Source of the DNA: Oligoflexia bacterium
Lineage (GTDB): Bacteria > Bdellovibrionota > UBA1018
Reading direction: 5' to 3'
Length of the DNA: 64,000 nt
NCBI GenBank assembly: GCA_014376785.1
Contig: JACMQW010000064.1
Coordinates: forward strand, 14,966-78,965
Under the pieces are notes generated by a model that searched no databases, was not told the origin of the DNA, and worked only from the letters and a program-made list of their open reading frames with translations. The position numbers and the translations under genes were made by a program. Positions 63,504-64,000 of this stretch are shown here, piece after piece (positions within the stretch are counted from its first letter, which is position 1; every line of letters begins with the position of its first letter).

Positions 63504-64000
63504 TTTCGTTTTTCCATTTCAGAATGGAAGTACTTAAACGTCCGCGAAAGCCCTTCTGTTAAACCCACTTTAGGTTCCCAGCCGAGTTTCATACGGGCCA
63601 CTGAAATGTCGGGGCAACGTTTTTTCGGATCATCCTGCCGGCCGGGAAGTGACTGAATGGGCATTTCTTGGAAGCCATCGATTCGAGCCTGTTCGCGGAC
63701 GGCTTCCGCAAATTCACGAATCGTTCGTTCGGAAGGATTTCCGATATTTGTCGGAGCGCTCAGATCTGAATCAAAATAACGAAGAATTCCTTCCACGAGG
63801 TCATCCACGTAACAAAAGGACCGAGTCTGCATTCCATCTCCATGAATCGTCAGCGGCTTCTCCTGCAAGGCTTGCATGCAAAGTTCTGGGACCACACGAC
63901 CATCGTCAGGACGCATCCTCGGCCCATAGGTATTAAAGATTCGAACGATTCCGCCGTTTAATCCTTTTTTACCAGAAGCATTCGCACGGCTTCCATAATC
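63500..64000 (-). CDS. UDP-glucuronate decarboxylase / NAD-dependent epimerase-dehydratase (C-terminal part; N-terminus beyond the window end)
   Basis: The reading frame continues open to position 64000 (…YGSRANASGKKGLNGGIVRIFNTYGPRMRPDDGRVV…), and the C-terminal UXS-like region is NIGNPSERTIREFAE…PDISVARMKLGWEP. The ORF-track start at 63916 is internal. Confidence 0.85.
   Translation of the reverse strand, partial: DYGSRANASGKKGLNGGIVRIFNTYGPRMRPDDGRVVPELCMQALQEKPLTIHGDGMQTRSFCYVDDLVEGILRYFDSDLSAPTNIGNPSERTIREFAEAVREQARIDGFQEMPIQSLPGRQDDPKKRCPDISVARMKLGWEPKVGLTEGLSRTFKYFHSEMEKRN

Overview
The window is a gene-dense chromosomal segment (about 50 percent GC, about 70 genes, weak Shine-Dalgarno usage) with no recognisable mobile element, integrase, CRISPR array or prophage. 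Its content suggests a Bdellovibrio-like predatory bacterium, but that is inference only. The supporting features are a sphingolipid delta4-desaturase homolog, many PilZ, HD-GYP and cNMP signalling genes, an Flp pilin, and lysine-rich histone-like proteins.

Housekeeping genes present: glpK, radA, ligA, purA, serA plus a class V aminotransferase, pdxH, a thiolase, an RsuA/RluB-family pseudouridine synthase, a TrmA-family RNA methyltransferase, tRNA-Arg(ACG) and tRNA-Lys(UUU).

Signal transduction is heavily represented: an intact OmpR-family response regulator plus histidine kinase pair, a CHASE3 histidine kinase, a sigma-54 enhancer-binding protein, a CheY-like regulator, a CHASE2 class III cyclase translationally coupled to a cNMP-binding protein, an HD-GYP phosphodiesterase, and a PilZ-PilZ-GYF operon.

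Two PAS sensor kinases are visibly decayed pseudogenes: a frameshift in a T6 homopolymer in one, and a frameshift, two in-frame TAA codons inside conserved motifs and an internal deletion in the other.

Other notable content: two SWIM zinc-finger proteins, one fused to a SNF2 helicase and one partial at the left edge preceded by a histone-H1-like K-rich protein; a minimal Flp/TadE-like pseudopilin cluster; a patatin-like phospholipase; two fatty-acid desaturases; and cell-envelope glycosylation genes (GT39, GT4, UDP-glucuronate decarboxylase).

I could not find a clear, complete, previously undescribed system. The best candidates for uncharacterised modules are the PilZ-PilZ-GYF operon, the cyclase plus cNMP-binding-effector pair, the SWIM/SNF2/histone-like genes, and a 580-bp noncoding region with two terminator-like hairpins.
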